Source: Nemertoderma westbladi (lineage: Eukaryota > Animalia > Xenacoelomorpha). Taken from it: DNA of 50,784 nucleotides. The position numbers were made by a program, and so were the translations under genes. The notes below the pieces were generated by a model that was not told the DNA's origin, ran no database searches, and worked only from the letters and a program-made list of their open reading frames with translations. How positions within the stretch are numbered: position 1 is the first letter of the stretch; every line of letters begins with the position of its first letter. Positions 38,501 through 50,784 of this stretch are shown one piece after another. Where the stretch lies: contig JAUCBJ010001918.1 in assembly GCA_032718475.1 (NCBI GenBank), forward strand, positions 1 through 50,784. Direction: 5' to 3'.

Positions 38501-39728
38501 TTCTGTTGTTTGTCCGTAGGAATTGCTTTGACTCACCTTTCCCTTGGCTGCTTTCTGTTGTTTGTCCGTAGGAATTGCTTTGACTCACCTTTCCCTTGGC
38601 TGCTTTCTGCTGTTTGTCCGTAGGAATTGCTTTGACTCACCTTTCCCTTGGCTGCTTTCTGCTGTTTGTCCGTTGGAATTGCTTTGACTCACCTTCCCAC
38701 TCGGCTGCTTTCTGCTGTTTGTCCGTTGGAATTGCTTTGACTCACCTTCCCACTCGGCTGCTTTCTGCTGTTTGTCCGTAGGAATTGCTTTGACTCACCT
38801 TCCTTCTCGTCTACGTTCTGCTGTTTGTCCGTTGGAATTGCTTTGACTCACCTTTCCCTTGGCTGCTTTCTGCTGTTTGTCCGTTGGAATTGCTTTGACT
38901 CACCTTCCCACTCGGCTGCTTTCTGCTGTTTGTCCGTAGGAATTGCTTTGACTCACCTTTCCCTTGGCTGCTTTCTGCTGTTTGTCCGTTGGAATTGCTT
39001 TGACTCACCTTCCCACTCGGCTGCTTTCTGCTGTTTGTCCGTTGGAATTGCTTTGACTCACCTTTCCCTTGGCTGCTTTCTGTTGTTTGTCCGTAGGAAT
39101 TGCTTTGACTCACCTTTCCCTTGGCTGCTTTCTGCTGTTTGTCCGTAGGAATTGCTTTGACTCACCTTTCCCTTGGCTGCTTTCTGCTGTTTGTCCGTAG
39201 GAATTGCTTTGACTCACCTTTCCCTTGGCTGCTTTCTGCTGTTTGTCCGTTGGAATTGCTTTGACTCACCTTCCCACTCGGCTGCTTTCTGCTGTTTGTC
39301 CGTTGGAATTGCTTTGACTCACCTTCCCCTTGGCTGCTTTCTGCTGTTTGTCCGTTGGAATTGCTTTGACTCACCTTCCCACTCGGCTGCTTTCTGCTGT
39401 TTGTCCGTTGGAATTGCTTTGACTCACCTTTCCCTTGGCTGCTTTCTGTTGTTTGTCCGTAGGAATTGCTTTGACTCACCTTTCCCTTGGCTGCTTTCTG
39501 TTGTTTGTCCGTAGGAATTGCTTTGACTCACCTTTCCCTTGGCTGCTTTCTGCTGTTTGTCCGTAGGAATTGCTTTGACTCACCTTCCCCTTGGCTGCTT
39601 TCTGCTGTTTGTCCGTTGGAATTGCTTTGACTCACCTTTCCCTTGGCTGCTTTCTGCTGTTTGTCCGTTGGAATTGCTTTGACTCACCTTTCCCTTGGCT
39701 GCTTTCTGTTGTTTGTCCGTAGGAATTG
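23592..39728. repeat. 52/53-bp satellite array of about 16.1 kb (about 310 units), derived from the CFAP70 exon end plus its 5' splice site
   Basis: Minus-strand unit caattccaacggacaaacagcagaaagcagccaagggaaag|gtgagtcaaag; the terminal unit is the last 41 nt of exon 39688-39781. Confidence 0.98.
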
Positions 39729-39781
39729 TTCTCATTACTTCAACCGGCCAGTACCGAGTCGACGCTATCTTTGATTGTAAC
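39688..39781 (-). CDS. CFAP70: CFAP70 internal exon ((K)LQSKIASTRYWPVEVMRTIPTDKQQKAAKGK)
   Basis: Acceptor tttattag|G, donor AAG|gtgagt; 94 nt, phase 2 to 0; only this frame is open. Resembles recalled CFAP70 FQKRIADCRLWPVEITR. Confidence 0.85.
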
Positions 39782-40127
39782 CTAATAAACAATAATAATC
39801 CCGCCTGATTACAACATATTCCCAACTCTACTATATTTAACGCCATGAATCAAGAAATATATAAATTAATGATGAGCTACGGGTTTAATATTTCACTGAG
39901 TGAAATATATTAGATAGAGTATTCCTACCGTATTTTTATATAATATTTTAAGTGGCTGCTTACAAAGTTTATTATATTGCCAACATACCGGAAGACAGGC
40001 CAATATCCGTTATCAGATAAATTATTCTGTGAAAAAGCAACCTCAGTGTCATTCTTATAAGATATCAGGGAAATAAATAGATCCCTTAATAATTGATAAT
40101 TTGTTATAATTAAGTAGATAAACTAAC

Positions 40128-40277
40128 TTTTGCGCCAAATTTGGTTCAACGAAATGACAGCGTTCCATGTTCCACACAACGCGGTTCTTATTCTGTTCGG
40201 CATCGGAACGCATATCGTGGTCGTCTTTGGAACGGAGTTCCCCACACTCATCCTCGTAGTGTGTTTGTGGTAAACAA
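40128..40277 (-). CDS. CFAP70: CFAP70 internal exon (CLPQTHYEDECGELRSKDDHDMRSDAEQNKNRVVWNMERCHFVEPNLAQ)
   Basis: Acceptor gtgttccag|T, donor AA|gttagt; 150 nt, phase 2/2, joins the next exon in frame. Resembles recalled CFAP70 YEEEEGELNHPEDSEFRNQAE...RIIWDLESRCYLDP. Confidence 0.85.
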
Positions 40278-40781
40278 CTGGAACACAAATAATAAACAAC
40301 TAGAACACAAACAATAAACAACTGGGACACAAACAATAAACAACTGGAACACAAACAATAAACAACTGGGACACAAACAATAAACAACTGGAACACAAAC
40401 AATAAGCGACTGGAAAACAAACAATAAACAACTGGAACACAAACAATATACAACTGAAACACAAACAACTGGAACACAAATAATAAACAACTGGAACACA
40501 AACAATAAACAACTGGAACACAAACAATATACAACTGAAACACAAACAACTGGAACACAAATAATAAACAACTGGAACACAAACAATAAACAATTGGAAC
40601 ACAAACAATAAACAACTGGAACACAAACAATAAACAACTGAAACACAAACACAAACAATAAACAACTGGAACACAAACAATAAACAACTGGAACACAAAC
40701 AATAATCAACTGGAACACTAATAATAAACAACTGCAACACAAACAATAAACAACTGGAACACTAACAATAATCAACTAGAA
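40271..40781. repeat. 22-bp tandem array (about 23 units) derived from the CFAP70 3' splice site
   Basis: Minus-strand unit ttgtttgtgttccag|ttgttta; the last copy is the real acceptor plus the first 7 exon nucleotides. Confidence 0.95.
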
Positions 40782-43700
40782 CTCTGTCCAATTGAATTAA
40801 CAACGTGTGTCCAACTTACCTGTCAGTTATATAAGAACTCTGTCCAACTGAATTAACAACGTGTGTCCAAATTACCGGTCAGTTATATAAGAACTCTGCC
40901 CAACTGAATTAACAACGTGTGTCCATATTACGGGTCAGTTATATAAGAACTCTGTCCAACTGAATTAACAACGTGTGTCCAAATTACCGGTCAGTTATAT
41001 AAGAACTCTGCCCAACTGAATTAACAACGTGTGTCTAACTTACCTGTCAGTTATATAAGAACTCTGACCAACTGAATTAACAACGTGTGTCTAACTTACC
41101 TGTCAGTTATATAAGAACTCTGCCCAACTGAATTAATAACTTGTGTCCAACTTACCTGTCAGTTATATAAGAACTATAAGAACTCTGCCCAACTGAATTA
41201 ACAACGTGTGTCTAACTTACCTGTCAGTTATATAAGAACTCTGCCCAACTGAATTAATAACTTGTGTCCAACTTACCGGTCAGTTATATAAGAACTCTGC
41301 CCAACTGAATTAACAACGTGTGTCCAAATTACCGGTCAGTTATATAAGAACTCTGCCCAACTGAATTAACAACGTGTGTCCAACTTACCGGTCAGTTATA
41401 TAAGAACTCTGCCCAACTGAATTAATAACTTGTGTCCAACTTACCTGTCAGTTATATAAGAACTCTGTCCAACTGAATTAACAACGTGTGTCCAAATTAC
41501 CGGTCAGTTATATAAGAACTCTGCCCAACTGAATTAACAACGTGTGTCCAACTTACCGGTCAGTTATATAAGAACTCTGCCCAACTGAATTAATAACTTG
41601 TGTCCAACTTACCTGTCAGTTATATAAGAACTCTGTCCAACTGAATTAACAACGTGTGTCCAAATTACCGGTCAGTTATATAAGAACTCTGCCCAACTGA
41701 ATTAACAACGTGTGTCTAACTTACCTGTCAGTTATATAAGAACTCTGCCCAACTGAATTAATAACTTGTGTCCAACTTACCTGTCAGTTATATAAGAACT
41801 CTGTCCAACTGAATTAACAACGTGTGTCCAAATTACCGGTCAGTTATATAAGAACTCTGCCCAACTGAATTAACAACGTGTGTCCAACTTACCTGTCAGT
41901 TATATAAGAACTCTGTCCAACTGAATTAACAACGTGTGTCCAACTTACCTGTTAGTTATATAAGAACTCTGTCCAACTGAATTAACAACGTGTGTCCAAC
42001 TTACCGGTCAGTTATATAAGAACTCTGCCCAACTGAATTAACAACGTGTGTCTAACTTACCTGTCAGTTATATAAGAACTCTGCCCAACTGAATTAATAA
42101 CTTGTGTCCAACTTACCGGTCAGTTATATAAGAACTCTGCCCAACTGAATTAATAACTTGTGTCCAACTTACCGGTCAGTTATATAAGAACTCTGCCCAA
42201 CTGAATTAACAACGTGTGTCCAACTTACGGGTCAGTTATAAGAACTCTGCCCAACTGAATTAACAACGTGTGTCTAACTTACCTGTCAGTTATATAAGAA
42301 CTCTGCCCAACTGAATTAATAACTTGTGTCCAACTTACCGGTCAGTTATATAAGAACTCTGTCCAACTGAATTAACAACTTGTGTTCAACTTACCTGTCA
42401 GTTATATAAGAACTCTGCCCAACTGAATTAACAACGTGTGTCTAACTTACCTGTCAGTTATATAAGAACTCTGCCCAACTGAATTAATAACTTGTGTCAA
42501 ACTTACCGGTCAGTTATATAAGAACTCTGTCCAACTGAATTAACAACTTGTGTTCAACTTACCTGTCAGTTATATAAGAACTCTGTCCAACTGAATTAAC
42601 AACGTGTGTCCAACTTACCGGTCAGTTATATAAGAACTCTGTCCAACTGAATTAACAACGTGTGTCCAACTTACCGGTCAGTTGAATAAGAACTCTGCCC
42701 AACTGAATTAATAACTTGTGTCCAACTTACCGGTCAGTTATATAAGAACTCTGCCCAACTGAATTAATAACTTGTGTCCAACTTACCGGTCAGTTATATA
42801 AGAACTCTGCCCAACTGAATTAACAACGTGTGTCCAACTTACGGGTCAGTTATAAGAACTCTGCCCAACTGAATTAACAACGTGTGTCTAACTTACCTGT
42901 CAGTTATATAAGAACTCTGCCCAACTGAATTAATAACTTGTGTCCAACTTACCGGTCAGTTATATAAGAACTCTGTCCAACTGAATTAACAACTTGTGTT
43001 CAACTTACCTGTCAGTTATATAAGAACTCTGCCCAACTGAATTAACAACGTGTGTCTAACTTACCTGTCAGTTATATAAGAACTCTGCCCAACTGAATTA
43101 ATAACTTGTGTCAAACTTACCGGTCAGTTATATAAGAACTCTGTCCAACTGAATTAACAACTTGTGTTCAACTTACCTGTCAGTTATATAAGAACTCTGT
43201 CCAACTGAATTAACAACGTGTGTCCAACTTACCGGTCAGTTATATAAGAACTCTGTCCAACTGAATTAACAACGTGTGTCCAACTTACCGGTCAGTTGAA
43301 TAAGAACTACGTCCAACTGAATTAACAGCGTATGTCCAACTTACCTGTCAGTTATATAAGAACTCTGTCCAACTGAATTAATAACTTGTGTTCAACTTAC
43401 CTGTCAGTTATATAAGAACTCTGTCCAACTGAATTAACAACGTGTGTCCAACTTACGGGTCAGTTATATAAGAACTCTGCCGAACTGAATTAACAACGTG
43501 TGTCTAACTTACCTGTCAGTTATATAAGAACTCTGCCCAACTGAATTAATAACTTGTGTCAAACTTACCGGTCAGTTATATAAGAACTCTGTCCAACTGA
43601 ATTAACAACTTGTGTTCAACTTACCTGTCAGTTATATAAGAACTCTGTCCAACTGAATTAACAACGTGTGTCCAACTTACCGGTCAGTTATATAAGAACT

Positions 43701-46700
43701 CTGTCCAACTGAATTAACAACGTGTGTCCAACTTACCGGTCAGTTGAATAAGAACTCCGTCCAACTGAATTAACAGCGTATGTCCAACTTACCTGTCAGT
43801 TATATAAGAACTCTGTCCAACTGAATTAACAACTTGTGTCCAACTTACCTGTCAGTTATATAAGAACTCTGCCCAACTGAATTAACAACTTGTGTCCAAC
43901 TTACCGGTCAGTTATATAACCAACTGAATTAACAACGTGTGTCCAACTTACCTGTCATTTATATAAGAACTCTGTCCAACTGAATTAACAACGTGTGTCC
44001 AACTTAACTGTCAGTTATAAAAGAATTCTGCCCAACTGAATTAACAAGGTGTGTCCAACTTACCTGTCAGTTATATAAGAACTCTGCCCAACTGAATTAA
44101 CAACGTGTGTCCAACTTACCTGTCAGTTATATAAGAACTCTGCCCAACTGAATTAACAACGTGTGTCCAACTTACCGGTCAGTTATATAAGAACTCTGTC
44201 CAACTTAATTAACAACGTGTGTCCAACTTACCGGTCAGTTAAATAAGAACTCTGCCCAACTTATTTAACAACGTGTGTCCAACTTACCTGTCAGTTATAT
44301 AAGAACCTTGTCCAACTGTATTAACAACGTGTGTTCAAATTACCGGTCAGTTATATAAGAACTCTGCCCAACTGAATTAACAACGTGTGTTCAACTTACG
44401 GGTCAGTTATATAAGAACTCTGCCCAACTGAATTAACAACGTGTGTCTAACTTACCTGTCAGTTATATAAGAACTCTGCCCAACTGAATTAATAACTTGT
44501 GTCCAACTTACCGGTCAGTTATATAAGAACTCTGTCCAACTGAATTAACAACTTGTGTTCAACTTACCTGTCAGTTATATAAGAACTCTGTCCAACTGAA
44601 TTAACAACGTGTGTCCAACTTACCGGTCAGTTATATAAGAACTCTGTCCAACTGAATTAACAACGTGTGTCCAACTTTCCGGTCAGTTAAATAAGAACTC
44701 CGTCCAACTGAATTAACAGCGTATGTCCAACTTACCTGTCAGTTATATAAGAACTCTGTCCAACTGAATTAACAACTTGTGTCCAACTTACCTGTCAGTT
44801 ATATAAGAACTCTGCCCAACTGAATTAACAACTTGTGTCCAACTTACCGTTCAGTTATATAACCAACTGAATTAACAACGTGTGTCCAACTTACCTGTCA
44901 TTTATATAAGAACTCTGTCCAACTGAATTAAAAACGTGTGTCCAACTTAACCGTCAGTTATAAAATAATTCTGCCCAACTGAATTAACAAGGTGTGTCCA
45001 ACTTACCTGTCAGTTATATAAGAACTCTGCCCAACTGAATTAACAACGTGTTTCCAACTTACGTGTCAGTTATATAAGAACTCTGCCCAACTGAATTAAC
45101 AACGTGTGTCCAAATTACCGGTCAGTTATATAAGAACTCTGCCCAACTGAATTAACAACGTGTGTCCAACTTACCGGTCAGTTATATAAGAACTCTGCCC
45201 AACTGAATTAATAACTTGTGTCCAACTTACCTGTCAGTTATATAAGAACTCTGTCCAACTGAATTAACAACGTGTGTCCAAATTACCGCTTAGTTATATA
45301 AGAACTCTGCCCAACTGAATTAACAACGTGTGTCTAACTTACCTGTCAGTTATATAAGAACTCTGCCCAACTGAATTAACAAGGTGTGTCTAACTTACCT
45401 GTCAGTTATATAAGAACCCTGCCCAACTGAATTAATAACTTGTGTCAAACTTACCGGTCAGTTATATAAGAACTCTGTCCAACTGAATTAACAACTTGTG
45501 TTCAACTTACCTGTCAGTTATATAAGAACTCTGTCCAACTGAATTAACAACGTGTGTCCAACTTACCGGTCAGTTATATAAGAACTCTGTCCAACTGAAT
45601 TAACAACGTGTGTCCAACTTACCGGTCAGTTGAATAAGAACTCCGTCCAACTGAATTAACAGCGTATGTCCAACTTACCTGTCAGTTATATAAGAACTCT
45701 GTCCAACTGAATTAATAACTTGTGTTCAACTTACCTGTCAGTTATATAAGAACTCTGTCCAACTGAATTAACAACGTGTGTCCAACTTACGGGTCAGTTA
45801 TATAAGAACTCTGCCCAACTGAATTAACAACGTGTGTCTAACTTACCTGTCAGTTATATAAGAACTCTGCCCAACTGAATTTATAACTTGTGTCAAACTT
45901 ACCGGTCAGTTATATAAGAACTCTGTCCAACTGAATTAACAACTTGTGTTCAACTTACCTGTCAGTTATATAAGAACTCTGTCCAACTGAATTAACAACG
46001 TGTGTCCAACTTACCGGTCAGTTATATAAGAACTCTGTCCAACTGAATTAACAACGTGTGTCCAACTTACCGGTCAGTTGAATAAGAACTCCGTCCAACT
46101 GAATTAACAGCGTATGTCCAACTTACCTGTCAGTTATATAAGAACTCTGTCCAACTGAATTAACAACTTGTGTCCAACTTACCTGTCAGTTATATAAGAA
46201 CTCTGCCCAACTGAATTAACAACTTGTGTCCAACTTACCGGTCAGTTATATAACCAACTGAATTAACAACGTGTGTCCAACTTACCTGTCATTTATATAA
46301 GAACTCTGTCCAACTGAATTAACAACGTGTGTCCAACTTAACTGTCAGTTATAAAAGAATTCTGCCCAACTGAATTAACAAGGTGTGTCCAACTTACCTG
46401 TCAGTTATATAAGAACTCTGCCCAACTGAATTAACAACGTGTGTCCAACTTACCTGTCAGTTATATAAGAACTCTGCCCAACTGAATTAACAACGTGTGT
46501 CCAACTTACCGGTCAGTTATATAAGAACTCTGTCCAACTTAATTAACAACGTGTGTCCAACTTACCGGTCAGTTAAATAAGAACTCTGCCCAACTTATTT
46601 AACAACGTGTGTCCAACTTACCTGTCAGTTATATAAGAACCTTGTCCAACTGTATTAACAACGTGTGTTCAAATTACCGGTCAGTTATATAAGAACTCTG

Positions 46701-49700
46701 CCCAACTGAATTAACAACGTGTGTTCAACTTACGGGTCAGTTATATAAGAACTCTGCCCAACTGAATTAACAACGTGTGTCTAACTTACCTGTCAGTTAT
46801 ATAAGAACTCTGCCCAACTGAATTAATAACTTGTGTCCAACTTACCGGTCAGTTATATAAGAACTCTGTCCAACTGAATTAACAACTTGTGTTCAACTTA
46901 CCTGTCAGTTATATAAGAACTCTGTCCAACTGAATTAACAACGTGTGTCCAACTTACCGGTCAGTTATATAAGAACTCTGTCCAACTGAATTAACAACGT
47001 GTGTCCAACTTTCCGGTCAGTTAAATAAGAACTCCGTCCAACTGAATTAACAGCGTATGTCCAACTTACCTGTCAGTTATATAAGAACTCTGTCCAACTG
47101 AATTAACAACTTGTGTCCAACTTACCTGTCAGTTATATAAGAACTCTGCCCAACTGAATTAACAACTTGTGTCCAACTTACCGTTCAGTTATATAACCAA
47201 CTGAATTAACAACGTGTGTCCAACTTACCTGTCATTTATATAAGAACTCTGTCCAACTGAATTAAAAACGTGTGTCCAACTTAACCGTCAGTTATAAAAG
47301 AATTCTGCCCAACTGAATTAACAAGGTGTGTCCAACTTACCTGTCAGTTATATAAGAACTCTGCCCAACTGAATTAACAACGTGTTTCCAACTTACGTGT
47401 CAGTTATATAAGAACTCTGCCCAACTGAATTAACAACGTGTGTCCAACTTACCGGTCAGTTATATAAGAACTCTGTCCAACTTAATTAACAACGTGTGTC
47501 CAACTTACCGGTCAGTTAAATAAGAACTCTGCCCAACTTATTTAACAACGTGTGTCCAACTTACCTGTCAGTTATATAAGAACCTTGTCCAACTGTATTA
47601 ACAACGTGTGTTCAAATTACCGGTCAGTTATATAAGAACTCTGCCCAACTGAATTAACAACGTGTGTTCAACTTACGGGTCAGTTATATAAGAACTCTGC
47701 CCAACTGAATTAACAACGTGTGTCTAACTTACCTGTCAGTTATATAAGAACTCTGCCCAACTGAATTAATAACTTGTGTCCAACTTACCGGTCAGTTATA
47801 TAAGAACTCTGTCCAACTGAATTAACAACGTGTGTCCAACTTTCCGGTCAGTTAAATAAGAACTCCGTCCAACTGAATTAACAGCGTATGTCCAACTTAC
47901 CTGTCAGTTATATAAGAACTCTGTCCAACTGAATTAACAACTTGTGTCCAACTTACCTGTCAGTTATATAAGAACTCTGCCCAACTGAATTAACAACTTG
48001 TGTCCAACTTACCGTTCAGTTATATAACCAACTGAATTAACAACGTGTGTCCAACTTACCTGTCATTTATATAAGAACTCTGTCCAACTGAATTAAAAAC
48101 GTGTGTCCAACTTAACCGTCAGTTATAAAAGAATTCTGCCCAACTGAATTAACAAGGTGTGTCCAACTTACCTGTCAGTTATATAAGAACTCTGCCCAAC
48201 TGAATTAACAACGTGTTTCCAACTTACGTGTCAGTTATATAAGAACTCTGCCCAACTGAATTAACAACGTGTGTCCAAATTACCGGTCAGTTATATAAGA
48301 ACTCTGCCCAACTGAATTAACAACGTGTGTCCAACTTACCGGTCAGTTATATAAGAACTCTGCCCAACTGAATTAATAACTTGTGTCCAACTTACCTGTC
48401 AGTTATATAAGAACTCTGTCCAACTGAATTAACAACGTGTGTCCAAATTACCGCTTAGTTATATAAGAACTCTGCCCAACTGAATTAACAACGTGTGTCT
48501 AACTTACCTGTCAGTTATATAAGAACTCTGCCCAACTGAATTAACAAGGTGTGTCTAACTTACCTGTCAGTTATATAAGAACCCTGCCCAACTGAATTAA
48601 TAACTTGTGTCAAACTTACCGGTCAGTTATATAAGAACTCTGTCCAACTGAATTAACAACTTGTGTTCAACTTACCTGTCAGTTATATAAGAACTCTGTC
48701 CAACTGAATTAACAACGTGTGTCCAACTTACCGGTCAGTTATATAAGAACTCTGTCCAACTGAATTAACAACGTGTGTCCAACTTACCGGTCAGTTGAAT
48801 AAGAACTCCGTCCAACTGAATTAACAGCGTATGTCCAACTTACCTGTCAGTTATATAAGAACTCTGTCCAACTGAATTAATAACTTGTGTTCAACTTACC
48901 TGTCAGTTATATAAGAACTCTGTCCAACTGAATTAACAACGTGTGTCCAACTTACGGGTCAGTTATATAAGAACTCTGCCCAACTGAATTAACAACGTGT
49001 GTCTAACTTACCTGTCAGTTATATAAGAACTCTGCCCAACTGAATTTATAACTTGTGTCAAACTTACCGGTCAGTTATATAAGAACTCTGTCCAACTGAA
49101 TTAACAACTTGTGTTCAACTTACCTGTCAGTTATATAAGAACTCTGTCCAACTGAATTAACAACGTGTGTCCAACTTACCGGTCAGTTATATAAGAACTC
49201 TGTCCAACTGAATTAACAACGTGTGTCCAACTTACCGGTCAGTTGAATAAGAACTCCGTCCAACTGAATTAACAGCGTATGTCCAACTTACCTGTCAGTT
49301 ATATAAGAACTCTGTCCAACTGAATTAACAACTTGTGTCCAACTTACCTGTCAGTTATATAAGAACTCTGCCCAACTGAATTAACAACTTGTGTCCAACT
49401 TACCGGTCAGTTATATAACCAACTGAATTAACAACGTGTGTCCAACTTACCTGTCATTTATATAAGAACTCTGTCCAACTGAATTAACAACGTGTGTCCA
49501 ACTTAACTGTCAGTTATAAAAGAATTCTGCCCAACTGAATTAACAAGGTGTGTCCAACTTACCTGTCAGTTATATAAGAACTCTGCCCAACTGAATTAAC
49601 AACGTGTGTCCAACTTACCTGTCAGTTATATAAGAACTCTGCCCAACTGAATTAACAACGTGTGTCCAACTTACCGGTCAGTTATATAAGAACTCTGTCC

Positions 49701-50784
49701 AACTTAATTAACAACGTGTGTCCAACTTACCGGTCAGTTAAATAAGAACTCTGCCCAACTTATTTAACAACGTGTGTCCAACTTACCTGTCAGTTATATA
49801 AGAACCTTGTCCAACTGTATTAACAACGTGTGTTCAAATTACCGGTCAGTTATATAAGAACTCTGCCCAACTGAATTAACAACGTGTGTTCAACTTACGG
49901 GTCAGTTATATAAGAACTCTGCCCAACTGAATTAACAACGTGTGTCTAACTTACCTGTCAGTTATATAAGAACTCTGCCCAACTGAATTAATAACTTGTG
50001 TCCAACTTACCGGTCAGTTATATAAGAACTCTGTCCAACTGAATTAACAACTTGTGTTCAACTTACCTGTCAGTTATATAAGAACTCTGTCCAACTGAAT
50101 TAACAACGTGTGTCCAACTTACCGGTCAGTTATATAAGAACTCTGTCCAACTGAATTAACAACGTGTGTCCAACTTTCCGGTCAGTTAAATAAGAACTCC
50201 GTCCAACTGAATTAACAGCGTATGTCCAACTTACCTGTCAGTTATATAAGAACTCTGTCCAACTGAATTAACAACTTGTGTCCAACTTACCTGTCAGTTA
50301 TATAAGAACTCTGCCCAACTGAATTAACAACTTGTGTCCAACTTACCGTTCAGTTATATAACCAACTGAATTAACAACGTGTGTCCAACTTACCTGTCAT
50401 TTATATAAGAACTCTGTCCAACTGAATTAAAAACGTGTGTCCAACTTAACCGTCAGTTATAAAAGAATTCTGCCCAACTGAATTAACAAGGTGTGTCCAA
50501 CTTACCTGTCAGTTATATAAGAACTCTGCCCAACTGAATTAACAACGTGTTTCCAACTTACGTGTCAGTTATATAAGAACTCTGCCCAACTGAATTAACA
50601 ACGTGTGTCCAACTTACCGGTCAGTTATATAAGAACTCTGTCCAACTTAATTAACAACGTGTGTCCAACTTACCGGTCAGTTAAATAAGAACTCTGCCCA
50701 ACTTATTTAACAACGTGTGTCCAACTTACCTGTCAGTTATATAAGAACCTTGTCCAACTGTATTAACAACGTGTGTTCAAATTA
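40778..50784. repeat. 56-bp satellite array (at least 10 kb, at least 178 units, runs off the window) with C(A/C)G|GTAAGT on the minus strand
   Basis: Unit agaactctg(t/c)ccaactgaattaacaacgtgtgtccaacttacc(t/g)gtcagttatata; recurrent 47-bp deletion variant. Confidence 0.98.

Noticed and set aside
21859-39514. Many Cys/Leu/Phe-rich or Ser/Gln-rich ORFs
   Set aside because: Translations of satellite units whose lengths are not multiples of three.
40248-40775. Hydrophobic ORFs resembling a membrane protein
   Set aside because: Translation of the 22-bp acceptor repeat; only 40128-40277 is supported as coding.
18260-50784. CRISPR array interpretation
   Set aside because: Head-to-tail repeats without unique spacers, no cas genes, spliceosomal eukaryotic context.

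Overview
Eukaryotic (animal-like) genomic DNA, not prokaryotic. Three short minus-strand exons (40128-40277, 39688-39781, 225-362) splice in frame into a stretch of the axonemal protein CFAP70/TTC18. This implies a single intron of about 39.3 kb (363-39687). Three complete, intron-poor housekeeping genes are nested in that intron: GINS4/SLD5 (+), bifunctional EPRS (-, same strand as the host, 3 exons, 2 WHEP repeats) and TRMT1 (+). About two thirds of the window is tandem repeat. The large arrays start exactly at exon boundaries and are amplified copies of the splice junctions themselves: a 52/53-bp unit (exon end plus AAG|GTGAGT donor, about 310 copies), a 22-bp unit (TTCCAG acceptor plus exon start), a 56-bp unit (inferred exon end plus CAG|GTAAGT donor, at least 178 copies) and a 43-bp unit (donor of a candidate cassette exon). 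Several non-autonomous mobile elements are also present. Gene identities come from recalled motifs, not from database searches, and copy numbers are array length divided by unit length.
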